From the human T2T-CHM13v2.0 reference genome, Homo sapiens: DNA of 64,000 nt. Location: NCBI RefSeq assembly GCF_009914755.1, contig NC_060928.1; one strand, given 5' to 3'. This document shows, piece by piece, positions 49,761 to 64,000 of the stretch. The notes below the pieces were generated by a model. It had not been told where the DNA came from. It saw nothing but the letters and a program-made list of their open reading frames with translations, and ran no database searches. The first letter of the stretch is position 1. Each line of letters begins with the position of its first letter. Both the position numbers and the translations under genes were made by a program.

Positions 49761-49976
49761 GTAATTACTACATTAATATAAATGTTAAAATATTCATATT
49801 ATTATAAAAGTAGTCAGGCACTTAAAAATATATTGTGTCCCGCATTTCCAAAGATGATGATGGTGGTGGTTAGTATGTGGTAACAATGGGCATAAGAGAA
49901 GCAGACAAACATAGGATCTATTTTGGCAGTATAGCTGCTTAGACTCCCTGAGATGCTGTGATGGATGCTGTGATAT

Positions 49977-50817
49977 ATATAGATAATATATATATACACA
50001 TAGAGAGAGAGATAATATATATAGAGATATATATAACATGTTATATATGATATATATGATATAACATATGCTATATATCATATATATCATATATAACATA
50101 TGTTATATATGATATATATGATATATAGCATATGTTATATATTATATATAACATATATATGATATATAACATATGTTATATATGATATATAACATATGTT
50201 ATATATCATATATGTTATATATCATATATAACATATGCCATATACGATATATAACATATGCCATATATGGTATATAACATATGCCATATATGGTATATAA
50301 CACATGCTATATATGATATATAACATATATATGCTATATATGATATATAACATATATATGATATATATGATATATATAACATATATGTGATAATGATATA
50401 TATGATATATATAACATATATGTGATATATATGATATATATAACATATAACTTATATGATATATATAACATATAACTTATATGATATATATAACATATAT
50501 GATATATATAACATATAGCTTATATGTGATATATAACATATATAACTTATATATGATATATAACATATAACATATATAAATTTGATATATATCACATATA
50601 TGATATATGATATATACCGCATATATGATATATGATATATATCGCATATATGATATATGATATATGACATACATGATATATCACATATATCATATATGAT
50701 ATATCGCATATATCATATATCATATATGATATATCGCATATATCATATATGATATATAACAATATACACTATAATGTATACACATATATATCATATATGT
50801 GTATACATTATATACAC

Positions 50818-50850
<33 letters not shown>

Positions 50851-50852
50851 TA

Positions 50853-50875
<23 letters not shown>
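49977..50875. repeat. About 900-bp AT-rich degenerate tandem array ending in (CA)n(TA)n
   Basis: Units such as ATATATG, ATATAAC and ATATATC repeated throughout. Confidence 0.95.
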
Positions 50876-50892
<17 letters not shown>

Positions 50893-51177
50893 TTTTTTGA
50901 GATGGAGTCTTGCTCTGTCGCCCAGACTGGAGTACAGTGGCGTGATCTCGGCTCACTGCAACCTCCACCTCCCGAGTTCAAGCAATTCTCCTGCCTCAGC
51001 CTCCTGAGTAGCTGGGGCTACAGGTGCGTGCCACCACACCTGGCTAATTTTTGTGTGTTTAGTAGAGATGGGGTTTCACCATGTTGGTCACGCTGGTCTC
51101 GAACTCTTGACCTCATGTTCTGCCCATCTTGGCTTCCCAAAGTGCTGGGATTACAGGTGTGAGCCACCGTGCCCGGC
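50876..51177 (-). mobile_element. Alu (Sc/Sg-type)
   Basis: Reverse Alu whose T tract is contiguous with the AT array. Confidence 0.92.
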
Positions 51178-51964
51178 GTATGCTGTGATATATTAATAGC
51201 AAGGAAGAAAAGAAGACTAAGGCTATTGGCCTGAGCAACAGGGTGGATAATGACACTAGACAATGAGAAGGAAAGAAATTGATTTAATTATTCACTTATT
51301 TGTGTATTGATTAAGTTGTGGTAGAGTGTTGGCAGGGCTGGCTAAGAACATTTTTATAAAACTCCTTTCAGACCATGTTGAGTTTAAGATGGGACATCAA
51401 AGAAAGAAAATGCAAACTGATATGAAAGCAAGAGGTTAGGCAATGTATGTGCATGCGTTGGAGGGATGTGGGGAGGGGAAATCATAACCACTGGAATATT
51501 CTTCTCCTAGGAAGTCACAGGAGAGGGATGAGAGGCTGCTTCTGGGCTGCTTTGCCTCTCATGGCTCTGCATGGATGGCATGAGGCCAAACAGGAAGCCA
51601 ACTGAGATAACAACTTCCTCAAGTGAGAGGTTACCAGAACACTGCTATCTCAGGTGCAAGCATCCAGTTAATAGTCCACAGTGCTGGAAAAAATAGCTGG
51701 TGAAAGGTCAGAGGCACAATTAAGAAATGCATGAGTAAAGAGTAAGTGTGCCATAGTTGACCAGAATCACAGTGTGATACCTGTCTGGAGAAACACAGCA
51801 TGTATTGAACTTCTCATCTACTGAACACGTCCCAAAAGCCTTTAGTTGTTCAATGGGGACAGTTACTGTAAGAGTCCCTGGACTCTGGTGAGGGGGCATT
51901 GGGTGGTATCTAAAGGGGCATATAAGCCTCCTAATACTATATTGAAACTTTAATTACAGTAAAA

Positions 51965-52370
51965 CATGGAGATTGTTAAAAATGCAGATTTCCAAACTTC
52001 ACCACCAGAGGCTCTACTTTTTTTGGAAACAGGACCTCACTTTGTCTGGAGTGCAGTGGTGTGATCTTGGCTCACTGCAGCCTCAACCTTCCAGTTTCAA
52101 GTGAATTCTCCCACCTCAGCCTCCTGAGTAGCTGGGACTACAGGCATGCTCCACCATGCCCAGCTAAATATTTTGTACTTTTTGTAGAGATGGGGTTTCG
52201 CCATGTTGCGATCCACCCACCTTGGCCTCCCAAAGTAATCCCAAGAGTGCTGAGATTACTGGCTCTAATTTTATAGCTTTGGGGAAGAAACCAGAAATGG
52301 AGATTTTTAACAAACATTCCAGATGTCTTGATGCAAATGACCCACAGGTCACAGTTTGAGAAACTCTACA
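51965..52370. mobile_element. MER5-like hAT relic interrupted by a degenerate minus-strand AluJ (52018-52232)
   Basis: gattgttaaaaatgcagatt...atttttaacaaacattccagatg...cagtttgagaaac. Confidence 0.6.
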
Positions 52371-54617
52371 GCAAAGTGTTTCCCTCCCTCAGATGCTCAT
52401 AAAATCATATTCCTATCTAATCGAAGCCACTAATGAAGTCTTTCTGGATTTAGTCCTCTTTAACTTTTTGACCTGTCTCAGTTATGTAAGCAGCATGGCA
52501 TTTTAAGTCAGACCAATTAATCCTGATTCTGGAACCAGGTATGTGCCCATAGGTAAATTTCTTAATCACCCAAGCATCACTTCTTTCATCCCAAAATAGG
52601 GATGTGGTTGCATTTTATGTGCATCTGAATCATGACATTTGGAAATACCACTATATACAATATTAAGGAGGATGTACTTTATATGTTAAATTTGAAGGCA
52701 TGTGAATCTCTTACATCTAAATTATACTCAGAAATCACAGTTTCAAAGCTAGTGTTCCAACTTGTTTCGTACATTTATAATATTGCCACATGAGAGTAGT
52801 GTGTTAGTAGGAAATAGAAATATTTTTGGTCATTAGCTTCTAAACCACTCTCCCTCAGAAGTTCCTAAGTGTGATTTTGATGACTCCTGTGCTGTTATTT
52901 TAATGACCACTATTGGTTAATTATGACCATGCTTCCCAGGGGTTCATTAAGTGGTAGTGTTAGTGGTAAAAATGAAAAAATTGTTAGAGCCAAGAACTTT
53001 TGAGAGAAGAAACAAAAGTTAGACACGACAAAAAGTTAGTATGTATCCATTCATTGTGTTTAAAATTGTTTTAAAACACAACATTAGATATAGATTTATA
53101 GGTTCTGAAAATACCTCCCTATGCGACATTTATTCCTATGGGAAAACTGATCCGGAATTAGGAAAGTTCTGAGTTATTTGATTATTTTGAAATATTCAAG
53201 GATCTTATCCTTGAATGTGACCGTCCTATAATAGTATTTCCTTTGCAGGTCTGTTGTGAGGATGAGTAAAGCACCTGATATAGGCTGTCTAAATGGGTTG
53301 TTAGGTTTGGAAATTTAGGGAAACACCTGTCACTGTTTCTCTATTCTCAAGAGGGGGAGCCTGTTTATTTTAAACCAGGGTGTTCTTACAAATTTGGGAG
53401 ATATGAAGTTTTTAGAACAATATAAATTTCCTATTCAATATTGAGAGGTTCTTCCTGTCTCTCTTTTTCACAGCCTCCTCAGACACCGCCCCCACAAGGA
53501 TTTGATGAATTACCTAAAAGTCACCAAGGGAGCCTGATTGAAACCCTCAACTCTGTATTATTAGGCCGTCTAGAAGTAGATGAGTCTAATTTTCTTTCTC
53601 ATTTTCTGTAATTTTGATCAGACGCTTCTCTACTTTGCATTCGATTAGTCAAAGCTAACAAGTCACTTCTGAGGAAATTACTGCTTTAGAAATACTTTTT
53701 ATAAAATTCAATCACTATTCTTGTACCCTGACTCACATTTTTTTCCTACTACAAGACTAGAGTCATCTGAATTGCCTGAAAACTTGGCAGCTCTAAAGGG
53801 TAATTATTCTCACTTTTGGACTTGATCCAATACAGGAAACAATAAAAGACTTCCAGAAGGTTTCCAAGCCCAGCTGTCTCTGACACCACTCCTCATTCTG
53901 CAAAAATACTGGAATGAGTTTTTTAGTTTGCACCTGTCATTAATGTCACAGTAGAGACACTGGCCCTTACCTTGTTCATACAATTACTTAAACCACATCT
54001 ACATTTTTAGATCAAGAAACATTTAAAACTTCTGGTGGAATGAAGGAGTAATTTTTTTTAAATAGCTCCTGTTACCTAAAATAAAATTGTAAAAAAAAAA
54101 AAAACCTCCTATTTTCTAGTTGGTTTTCAGCACAAAATACTTCCAATCAAAGAGATTTCTGGTAGCTTTGTCTAGTCAAAAGATGGTTCATTTTGTCCTT
54201 AACAATTAGAGTCAATTTGGCTCTGTCTTTTCTTTTTTCAGATTCCGGCCTTCGTGAAGGTTACAAATACGTGGTTTTACTACATTTTTGAAGAGTGTTT
54301 TAAATTGCAAATGTATTTAGAATTTATAGAACATCAAAGGATTTTTCCTGTAAAAGAAACAAGAAATAATGGATAGCAAAGCCAAGGTGACCTTGACCCT
54401 CAGTTTGGAAACTTCCAGGCCCTTCAGTCATTCCCAAAGGTTTTGGTGAACTGTGCACACACAGAGTGTGTTCTCACCAAAGCCAAGCACAGAGCGCTAA
54501 TTAGAGTATTGTAGCTTATACATTTTCCGGGAGTGAAAATGAGAATAAACACTAATTCTATCAAAGGGCTGGGTGCAGATAACCCCAAGTGAAAACATGA
54601 GGAATTCCTTGGGCATA

Positions 54618-55268
54618 CAGTACACTCCTCTTACCCAACGGGGACACATTCCAAGACCCCTGGAGGATGCCTGAAACCCACCAATTGGGACACATTTCTG
54701 TTCATGTCTTCCACCCACAGATTTAATGGCTTTTCCATTTTAATAAGCACTGTGGCCGTAAGTCTTGCAGCTGGAGGTGCAACAGCAAAACTAGCATGGA
54801 TTTCTGTTTCCTTCTCGAAAATTTCATGTATAGAAGATTTGTTTTCACCATAGATCTTGGCAACCTTAACATATAGTATTTTTTTCCTTACTAAGTTGAA
54901 ACCTTTCACCTTTTCTCTTAAAGCACTTTCTGGCTTCTCTTTGGCATATCCAAGTAGCCAGCATCACTATTGCACTTGCAGGTCATATTAAGTAAAATAA
55001 GAGTCACTTGAACACAAGCACTGTGACACAAAGACAGTCTGATCACCAACAGGGCTACTAAGTGACTCACAGGTGTGAATCTGCTTGATAAAGGAAGGAT
55101 TCATGTCCTGAGAGGGACGGAGTGGTGTGATGCAGTATTTCATCATGCTAGTCAGAATGGTGCACAACTTAAAACTGTATAAATTGTTTGTTTCTGGAAT
55201 TTTCCATTACAGTTACCACCGGTAACTGAAACCACAGAAAGTAAAATCGTGGGTAAGGGAAACTACTG
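54618..55268 (-). mobile_element. MER44/Tigger7-type element with transposase N-terminal remnant
   Basis: Termini cagtacactcctcttaccc...gggtaagggaaactactg. ORF 54631-54909 (VAKIYGENKSSIHEI...KMEKPLNLWVEDMNR) resembles the pogo/CENP-B-type HTH region. Confidence 0.8.
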
Positions 55269-55560
55269 CACTCGTGTTTCATTGTAGGGACTAGAAGTGA
55301 GCTAGATCTTTTGCAACAAATTTCTTGGTCCTCCAAAAATCAGATCTACCCATGTCTTTTTAACTTTGTGTTATTTACTTTCTTTCTCTTTCCAGCAAAT
55401 GTTACTCCGACAGCTATTTCAAGTGATGAGCATACATTTATTTTAGGATAAAATGCTTAAATAGGCAAAATTAATAATGAAATAGAAGCTCTGTCTTCTC
55501 TTCATGAACAAGTGTGGAGACGGTAGTGTATAAAAACGTGCATTCAGCTTAATATAACTA

Positions 55561-55785
55561 CAGTTGGCCTTCAAACAACATAGGTTTGAACCACTCGGGC
55601 CCACTTGTACTCAAATTTTGTTCAACCAAACATGGTATTCCTAGGATGTGAAACCCACCAATACAAAGGGCTGACTTTTCATATATGTAGGTTCCTCAGG
55701 GCTGACTGCAGGCTTGAGTCTGTGCAAATTTTAGTATCCTGGGTGGTTCTAGACCCAATCCCCTATGTATACTGAGGGATGACTG
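55561..55785. mobile_element. MER8 (Tigger2-related MITE)
   Basis: ta|cagttggccttcaaacaacataggtttgaac...tactgagggatgactg|ta. Confidence 0.8.
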
Positions 55786-56297
55786 TACATACAGACAGCT
55801 TATAAGCCTGGAATTGATTTCCATGGGCAGTTTCAGAAAATGTGGAACAATGTCAAACTTCTGGATTTCCTGATAATTGAAATTCACTCCTAAGAGATAG
55901 CATGCTATTTTTGAGATGCAGGCAGAAGATCAGGACACTAGTTGGCTAACATTGTCTATGAAATATATGAGATCCTTGCCCAATGAGAGCTTATGGGTAG
56001 ATGGGCCAACTTTTCTTCTTGTCAAAGCAGCTCATTGTTGCCTCAAGATAGCAAGTCACCTATTTAAGAGAGGCAGTGCTCCAACGGAAAGACCTCAGGG
56101 CTGCATAATCACAGCCACAATGGTGATGATGGAGGTGGGGAAGGAAAAGAAAGAGGAGGAAGGAGAGGATGAGCAGAATAGTTACTTAGGTATCCAGAGG
56201 GCACATACCTCTTCAGCAGATAACTGTGTTGGAGCAATTTTCTTTGTATTACACAGCAGGCTTTAGGGTTTATTCCTGGGATTCTATTCTGAGGTTT

Positions 56298-56450
56298 CTT
56301 AAACCTCTCTGAGCCTAGGTTTTCTCATTTGTAAAATGAAAATAAAGTACATACCTCAAGGCAGTCTTGAAAGTTAGATAAGACAATATATTAAGAGCTT
56401 AATACAGTGCCAGGCACCAATGAATGATGTCTATTGTTAGTGTTAGCATT
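56298..56450 (+). mobile_element. MIR
   Basis: ttaaacctctctgagcctaggttttctcatttgtaaaatg...acagtgccaggcac. Confidence 0.78.
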
Positions 56451-56886
56451 ATACCGAAACATAAAATTCTCTCAAATCTTTTTCTCACTAATTCCTCATA
56501 AAACAGCTAAATCTTGTGTTGAGGTGGGTGTTTAGACTGTGTATGGAGAAGGGTGACTTTTTTTCTGTGGGTTCCTTTTGAGCAGCAAGATTGATAACTA
56601 ATCATTTACCATTTATCTACATGTAAACCTTCTATACATTAACACAGAAATAAAAGTAGGCACCCTCTATTCATATTTTTGTCAACCATAACCCTTAAAA
56701 GATGCAATTTATGCCATCCTCAATAGCATTGTATATGTAAAGAAATCCAGTCATTGACTGACTTGAGATGTGACTCACACTTGGTGCTGGACCTGGGCAT
56801 GCAGGAACACAAGAGTGACAGGGCTCCTCCTCATTAGGGCCACAAGAGGTAGGCCTTCCAGGAACTTACAGGAAAGTTTGACTTTC

Positions 56887-57188
<302 letters not shown>

Positions 57189-59959
57189 GAGAGTTTGACT
57201 TTCATACTTTAGAAATTCAGATTCAATTTTATTTGTAATTTTACCTTATGTGTGAATGCATAGGAAGAAATACAGAAGGTATTATAAAGGTATGGCAGAA
57301 AGAGGATCAATACAATATTCACAGGTTCGGCAAATGGAGAGAAACAGACATAGCCAACTTAATAAATACATGAGGCAGAAGATGTTTGTTTGCTTTTACT
57401 TTTAATGACTTCAAACTTTAACCTAGTTCTACTCTATCAATTTAAGGATCCATGTCCTTAAGGAGAACAGAAAATTACACACCTATTCTAGAGGTGTCAA
57501 TTAGATTAGAACACACCCCAGAGTGATTCCTTCACTCCAAGGTTGATGGAAGATGGGTTTGGTCTCAGTAAACATGTATAAGGTGGCAAAAATCAGTTTG
57601 AGGAGTTAAACTGAAATCTCTAGAGGTAGGCTGTCTGTTCACAACTGGAAAAGTACTAGAGTTTTAACTATATTCCTTTTAAAGGCAGAAATTAGATTTT
57701 CTTCTCCACTATCCTCTCCTGAGCTCTGTGCCCTTGTCCTGGAAAGTTAGTTTCTTTTTCCTGCTTTGCTTTTTACCTACCTATCTATCTGCATTAAGCT
57801 AGCATAAACTCCAACTTAAAGCTGAACGCCTTCAGAGAAACCACATCCCTGCCCCCTGCATAAGAGAATGCTGAATAACTAATGATTCATAATTTCTTCA
57901 ATTCATAAGCAATTCTATTAAACTGCATTGAAAATTTCTGCTCCAGTTCCGGGTTAACACAAATACCAGCTACATTAATCACCCCGCATATCCATTGCTA
58001 AGTCAATGGTGCTCATCCACATCTCAGAACAAAAAATACAAAAAGCCACCCCTCTGTCTACTATTGTACCATTAGTAGTCAAATGAAAGGAGCAAAAGAA
58101 AATCGTTGCTTTATAAAGTTGTTAGGAAATTGCAATGTGCAAGGAATGAAGTATTATGCCCCGGATCAATCAATCATTTTAATTACATAGATTTGATTCT
58201 AAATCCCAGGGCTCTGGAAACTGTAAGAATGATCTAGGATAACAATGAATACAGTGAGGATTGCTTGCACAGCCTCCAGCCAGCATAACAATTTAGTTAT
58301 AAGTGATAACAAGAAGGGATCAAACAGTCAGCACCAATTCTCACTTAACAAATTTTTGAAACACATGCTAGGAAACGAGTTTCAAGGAGTGCTAGCAACC
58401 AGTGAAATTAGTCCATTTACTAGTAGCTCTGGCTAACAAGAGTTGCCGGTTTCAAGGAAGAAACAAGAGCTCCCTATGTCATATGCAAAATCAAGTCAGA
58501 TCTGGGACATCTGTCAATACCCTAGTATCATCAAAAACAGATGACAGTTACTATTTAGAGCTTTGATTAAAACATGGAGAATAAAAATTGACAGCTTTCA
58601 GGAAAGAACTGTCAATGCTTTCAAGGCCGAGGTCATAAGAGGCCTGTAAGAAGTTTCATATGGGAAAAGCATTTATATGTAGGAAAATGATTTTCATTGC
58701 TCTAACAACAGCATATAACCATACGGCGGGTGACCAATTTCTCTTTAATGAACACTAATACCACTCTTCTCTACCATCCTCCACTCATATCCACACTTTA
58801 AGGACATGTGGACTATCAGGGGAAGGAATACTCATCTCGCAATGTTTCAGTTAATTCTCTGCTCACTAATGAGAACGACCAGAGAAGAAAAGTCTAGTAT
58901 TTTTCCATGTTATTCTCTTTAATGTTTCCTTCAGCTAATCTATAAGTGTGGCTACAGTATTTTATTTATGGACGTCAGCATCATTTGAAGCATTCCAGAT
59001 TATGCAATTAGGCAATTTCATTAAAAGTTCATTCCTTAAGTCTGAAGAATTTTTTAAGGATTCAATTTTTAGTTCGAAATCTTGTAGTACACACACACAC
59101 ACACACGTGCACACATCCCAAACCCTGCCAAACAAGGATCTGTGGAGGATTTATGAGATAACATGAAGTTTATACAAACTGTAATCCCTAACTATGTCTT
59201 AATTCAAAACAATCCTTAACAAATGCCTGCAGGTGTTATTATACTTACATCTAAGTATATTACATCCTAAACTAACACGCAATCTCTTCTAGAATGCTCA
59301 TTTTATATTTCAACCAAGTTTCAAAAGAGCTATGGTATTCCAGCTATTTAAATACTATCCCATTTTGGTAAAACGATTTAAAGAATCTTACATGTCAGCT
59401 GTTTCAAGTTGTTATAGCACCTGTAATGCAAAGATATTACAGAAGTCATATTTTTGTCCACACTCAAATGTATTAACTGCATTACAGAGAATTAAAATTA
59501 TGATAAAAGAATCTCAAGTTTAACATTAAATTATGAGGCACCAAAATATTAACAGTAAATATCTGTGAGAACTGGGATAAAAAGTCTATGTATGTGATTT
59601 TGTGGTTTTCAGTTTTGATGCAGAGAATCCTATCTTTTATAAATAGAAAGGAAAATTACTTAATCAAAAAGTGACCACTGGACAGATTTTCTAATTGTAC
59701 ATAAGCAATTCAAGTCATATAAGGTTATCAAGTCAACCATAGTTCCTGTGAGAATGAGAAGCCACCCTTTGCCTATACATAAACTTGCAGTTCTTTGTCA
59801 TATTTGCATATATCACTCACTGTTATTTTCTTGGAAATAGGTGAAATTCCAGGTAGTTCTTGAATTCAAGAGAAAAGCTGGAAAATTTTCCTATTTCCAC
59901 CTTTGAAAATAAATGTAGACAGTTGCTAGTAAGTCTCTTCATTTCCCTTATTACTTTTT

Positions 59960-60985
<1,026 letters not shown>

Positions 60986-61484
60986 CAGGCTCCTGACACT
61001 ACATAACATCAGTCTTTGATTTCTTGATGCATGTATGCATGTTCACAGGTAAAGACTGACGGAATGCAATGAAGACTGGACTAGGGCATGTCTAGGGCAG
61101 TTGATGCAAGAAATACAGAGTGAAAAAGTGAAGTGACTGGAAATGATAATCACATATGACTGCAAAACTGGCAGGTGTGAGATTTGTATTCATTAATTCA
61201 ACAACTATGTATGCACTTGGTGTTCCAAGGACAGCAAGACACAATTCTTGCCCCAAGAAATTCATAGTCTACCAAGAAGTACATCAGTTAAGGCAATATA
61301 TAGTCTGGTTAAATGAACTACCAGCAAGTTCAGTGGAGCTGAGATATGGGCTGAAATGATCAGATAAGCCATTATAGAGAAGGAATTTTAAGTTAAGTCT
61401 AAGCAATAACTAAGATTTACAGAAAAACAAATAGAGGAAGAATGGAGAAAGAGTAAGTGCAGCGTGTTCAAAGACATGAAATTA

Positions 61485-61784
61485 GGCCTGGCTGTGGTGG
61501 CTCACACCTGTAATCCCAGCACTTTGGGAGATTGAGGTGGGCAGATCACCTGAGGTCAGCAGTTCGAGACCAGCCTGGCCAACATGGCAAAACCCCATCT
61601 CCACTAAAAATACAAAAATTAGCTGGGCGTGGTGGCACACGCCTGTAATCCCAGCTATTTGGGAGGCTGAGGCATGAGAATCACTTGAACCCAGGAGAAA
61701 GAGGTTGCAGTGAGCCTAGATCGCACCACTGCATTCCAGCCTGGGTGAAAGGGCGAAACTGTCTTTAAAAAAAAAAAAAAAAAA
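61485..61784 (+). mobile_element. Alu (Sx/Sz-type) within a second L2 fragment (about 61185-62350, minus)
   Basis: Full dimer; TSD aaagacatgaaatta/aaaggcatgaaatta. Confidence 0.92.
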
Positions 61785-62441
61785 GGCATGAAATTAGGAA
61801 TGGGCAAGGTGTGTCTGTTTTGCAGGAAAAGATTCGATATACCATGTTGGCTTGGATAGAAAAGTTTGCATAGGGCAGTGGTAAAAGGTGAGTCAAGGCA
61901 AGATTGTACATTTTTATGGTGAGATTGAGGTTTTAATGTATAAGCAAAAGAGTTTTAATTAAGGTTTAAACAGGGAAACAATATGCTATGTAGAATATCC
62001 TTGGGTAGAGGAAACATTTGAAGGACAGCAACTAGTGGTTGCAAAACTGAAGATGTGAACTGACAAAGACCATAATTGGAGGGTCCAGGGTGGAACAGGT
62101 GTAGTCAGCTACCTAAGAGATTCTGAGAATTGATACAACTTGGTGACTGGGTAAAGGAGATTTGCATACATAACTTAGAATGACTTAAAGATGTTCATTA
62201 GGAAAATTGTGATAAACTTCAATGAATAAAGGAATATCAAAAGGAGAACCAGTTTGGATATTTTAAATCTGAGTGATGATGTGTCAAACGTTTGGAAATA
62301 TCACAGACAGGCAGAGCAAGTTTTAGTCAAGAGGTCAATCCTAAAAATAAGAATTTGTTAGCAGTTAATTGTCAAATAATCCATGGTGTTCTTCCTTTTT
62401 CTTTTTTATTGAGCCAACACAATTTCTCAGTGGGTTATAAA

Positions 62442-62574
62442 TAGAATAACTGTTTTATTTATCATCCAAATTGGGACATTTTTGAGAGTGAAGAAGGAGC
62501 TATTAATAATTACACTGAGACAACGTGCATAAAACTAAAGACTGTCCTGAGCAGACCAAGTTGCATGGACCCCA
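62442..62574. mobile_element. MER94-like hAT MITE
   Basis: tttatcatccaaattgggacatttttgagagtgaa...gctattaataattacac. Confidence 0.65.
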
Positions 62575-63055
62575 GTTAAAAATTCCATCTTACTTTTAAA
62601 AGATAGAAAGTTGTCAATTTCTTATTTTTATTATAGCTCGTGGTTTCTCAAAAGGGGTCAAGAATTCAGTTAGGGTCACTTTATTTTGATTTGAGACTGG
62701 AAAGACTGAGCTCTGGCAAAGGATGCAGTTTTAGACATCTAGAAAACAAAGAGAATGTTAATGAAGTAGCTTATGTCATATAACTCCACTATTACCTACT
62801 CATGATGCTCCTGGCATGGTTAATGAAGCATGGAGGTTTTATTCAAGGGGGTGGGTGGGGATCTGAGCTAGTCTGGGTTGACATTGGAATTTCTGATGTC
62901 AGGTCCCAGTTGAAGCAGTATTTTACTTGAGCTGTCTCTGATGTCAGGGGGATAGAAAAAATTCCTGGTGAGCAGGAAGAAGAGTGTATAAAGGGTAACG
63001 GGATTTGTGTGTATATATACCATGTGCAGGTACAGAAAGAATTTTCTTTATCCTG

Positions 63056-63253
63056 TAGCTGCAATTTGTTAGGTAGTTATGTTACTGCATGTATAGGTCA
63101 TCAGAATAACAAAATTGATATTAATATAATAAATAGCTGCAATTTGTTAGGCAGTTATGTGAATGTGTGTATAGGTTAACAGACCAACAAAATTGGTATT
63201 AATAACAAAACTGAACAGGATAATAACAAAACTGAACAGGATAACTGAACAGG
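63056..63253. repeat. Local tandem duplications (78-bp period x2, then 21-bp period x2 plus a partial copy)
   Basis: tagctgcaatttgttagg at 63056 and 63134; taataacaaaactgaacagga repeated from 63200. Confidence 0.85.
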
Positions 63254-63311
63254 GGTATCCTGCAGCTCTCAGATTGAAAGGGATTCAAATACAACTCAAA
63301 ATGCTTAACAT

Positions 63312-63608
63312 GGCTGGGCGCAGTGGCTCACCCCTGTAATCTCAGCACTTTGGGAGGCCGAGGTGGATGGATCACCAGGTCAGGAGTTCAAGACCAGCCT
63401 GGCCAAGATGGCGAAACCCTGCCTCTACTAAAAATACAAAAATTAGCCAAGCGTGGTGGCGGGTGCCTGTAATCCCAGCTACTCAGGAGGCTGAGGCAGA
63501 GAATTGCTTGAATCAGGGAGGTGGAGGTTGCAGTGAGCCAAGATCGTGCCACTGTACTTCAGCCTGGGTGACAGAGCGAGACTCCATCTCCAAAAAAAAA
63601 AAAAAAAA
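63312..63608 (+). mobile_element. Alu (S-type)
   Basis: Full dimer with poly(A). Confidence 0.92.
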
Positions 63609-64000
63609 GCTTAAGAAATCCTCTACCCCACTACCTTTCAGACTAGACATTGTTATCTCCAGTTGTAAAAATGTTAGCAGGGTGTCCTTCATCAAGGAAA
63701 GAAGCCAACTCCGGCAGTGCTAAGTAAATGGAAGGATTATTTTTCCTGTGGCAATGGGCTTTTTTAACTTTACTATTTTATTAAGATTTTTGCCTTGAAC
63801 ATTTGTTGGGCTTTTAAATAATAATACAGTGTGGGTGCTTCACTTTTCTCTTGGTGCAGAGGGAAACAAAATATGTTTTGGTGTCATTTTGTGACCTGAC
63901 CTTTCAAACAGTCAGTGTGCTGGAGATGTTATCTAGGTGTGTGTTATTCCTAGTCTCAGTTATTTTATGTCTCAATAAATTATTATATTATTATGTTTAT

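Noticed and set aside
49794-50968. Tyr/Ile-rich ORFs, and a CRISPR-like or coding interpretation of the array
   Set aside because: Low-complexity AT repeat with no unique spacers.

Overview
Primate (human-like) genomic DNA containing the 3' part of ELOVL6 (long-chain fatty acid elongase 6) on the minus strand. Two coding exons are present (25694-25845 and 17429-17853), with a long 3'UTR running to about 11940. Everything from 25846 to the window end is one large intron; the first coding exons lie beyond 64000. The rest is dense in interspersed repeats: over 25 Alus, a full-length inactivated L1PA4-like LINE-1 (42692-48849, antisense to the gene), MaLR LTRs, Tigger/MER/MADE1 DNA-transposon relics, L2, MIR and AT-rich arrays. 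Almost all ORFs in the track are repeat-derived noise. Repeat families and subfamilies were assigned from recalled consensus sequences and need RepeatMasker confirmation. The most interesting observation is that the intronic L1 keeps an intact antisense ORF0 with a strong Kozak context and a splice donor whose phase exactly matches the next ELOVL6 exon, predicting a possible 255-aa in-frame ORF0-ELOVL6 chimera. Other observations are an inverted Alu pair bracketing a weak-acceptor exon whose skipping opens an 88-codon alternative frame, a strong CTCF site in the 3'UTR, and a 900-bp AT array that grew inside an Alu target-site duplication. None of these can be shown to be expressed from sequence alone.
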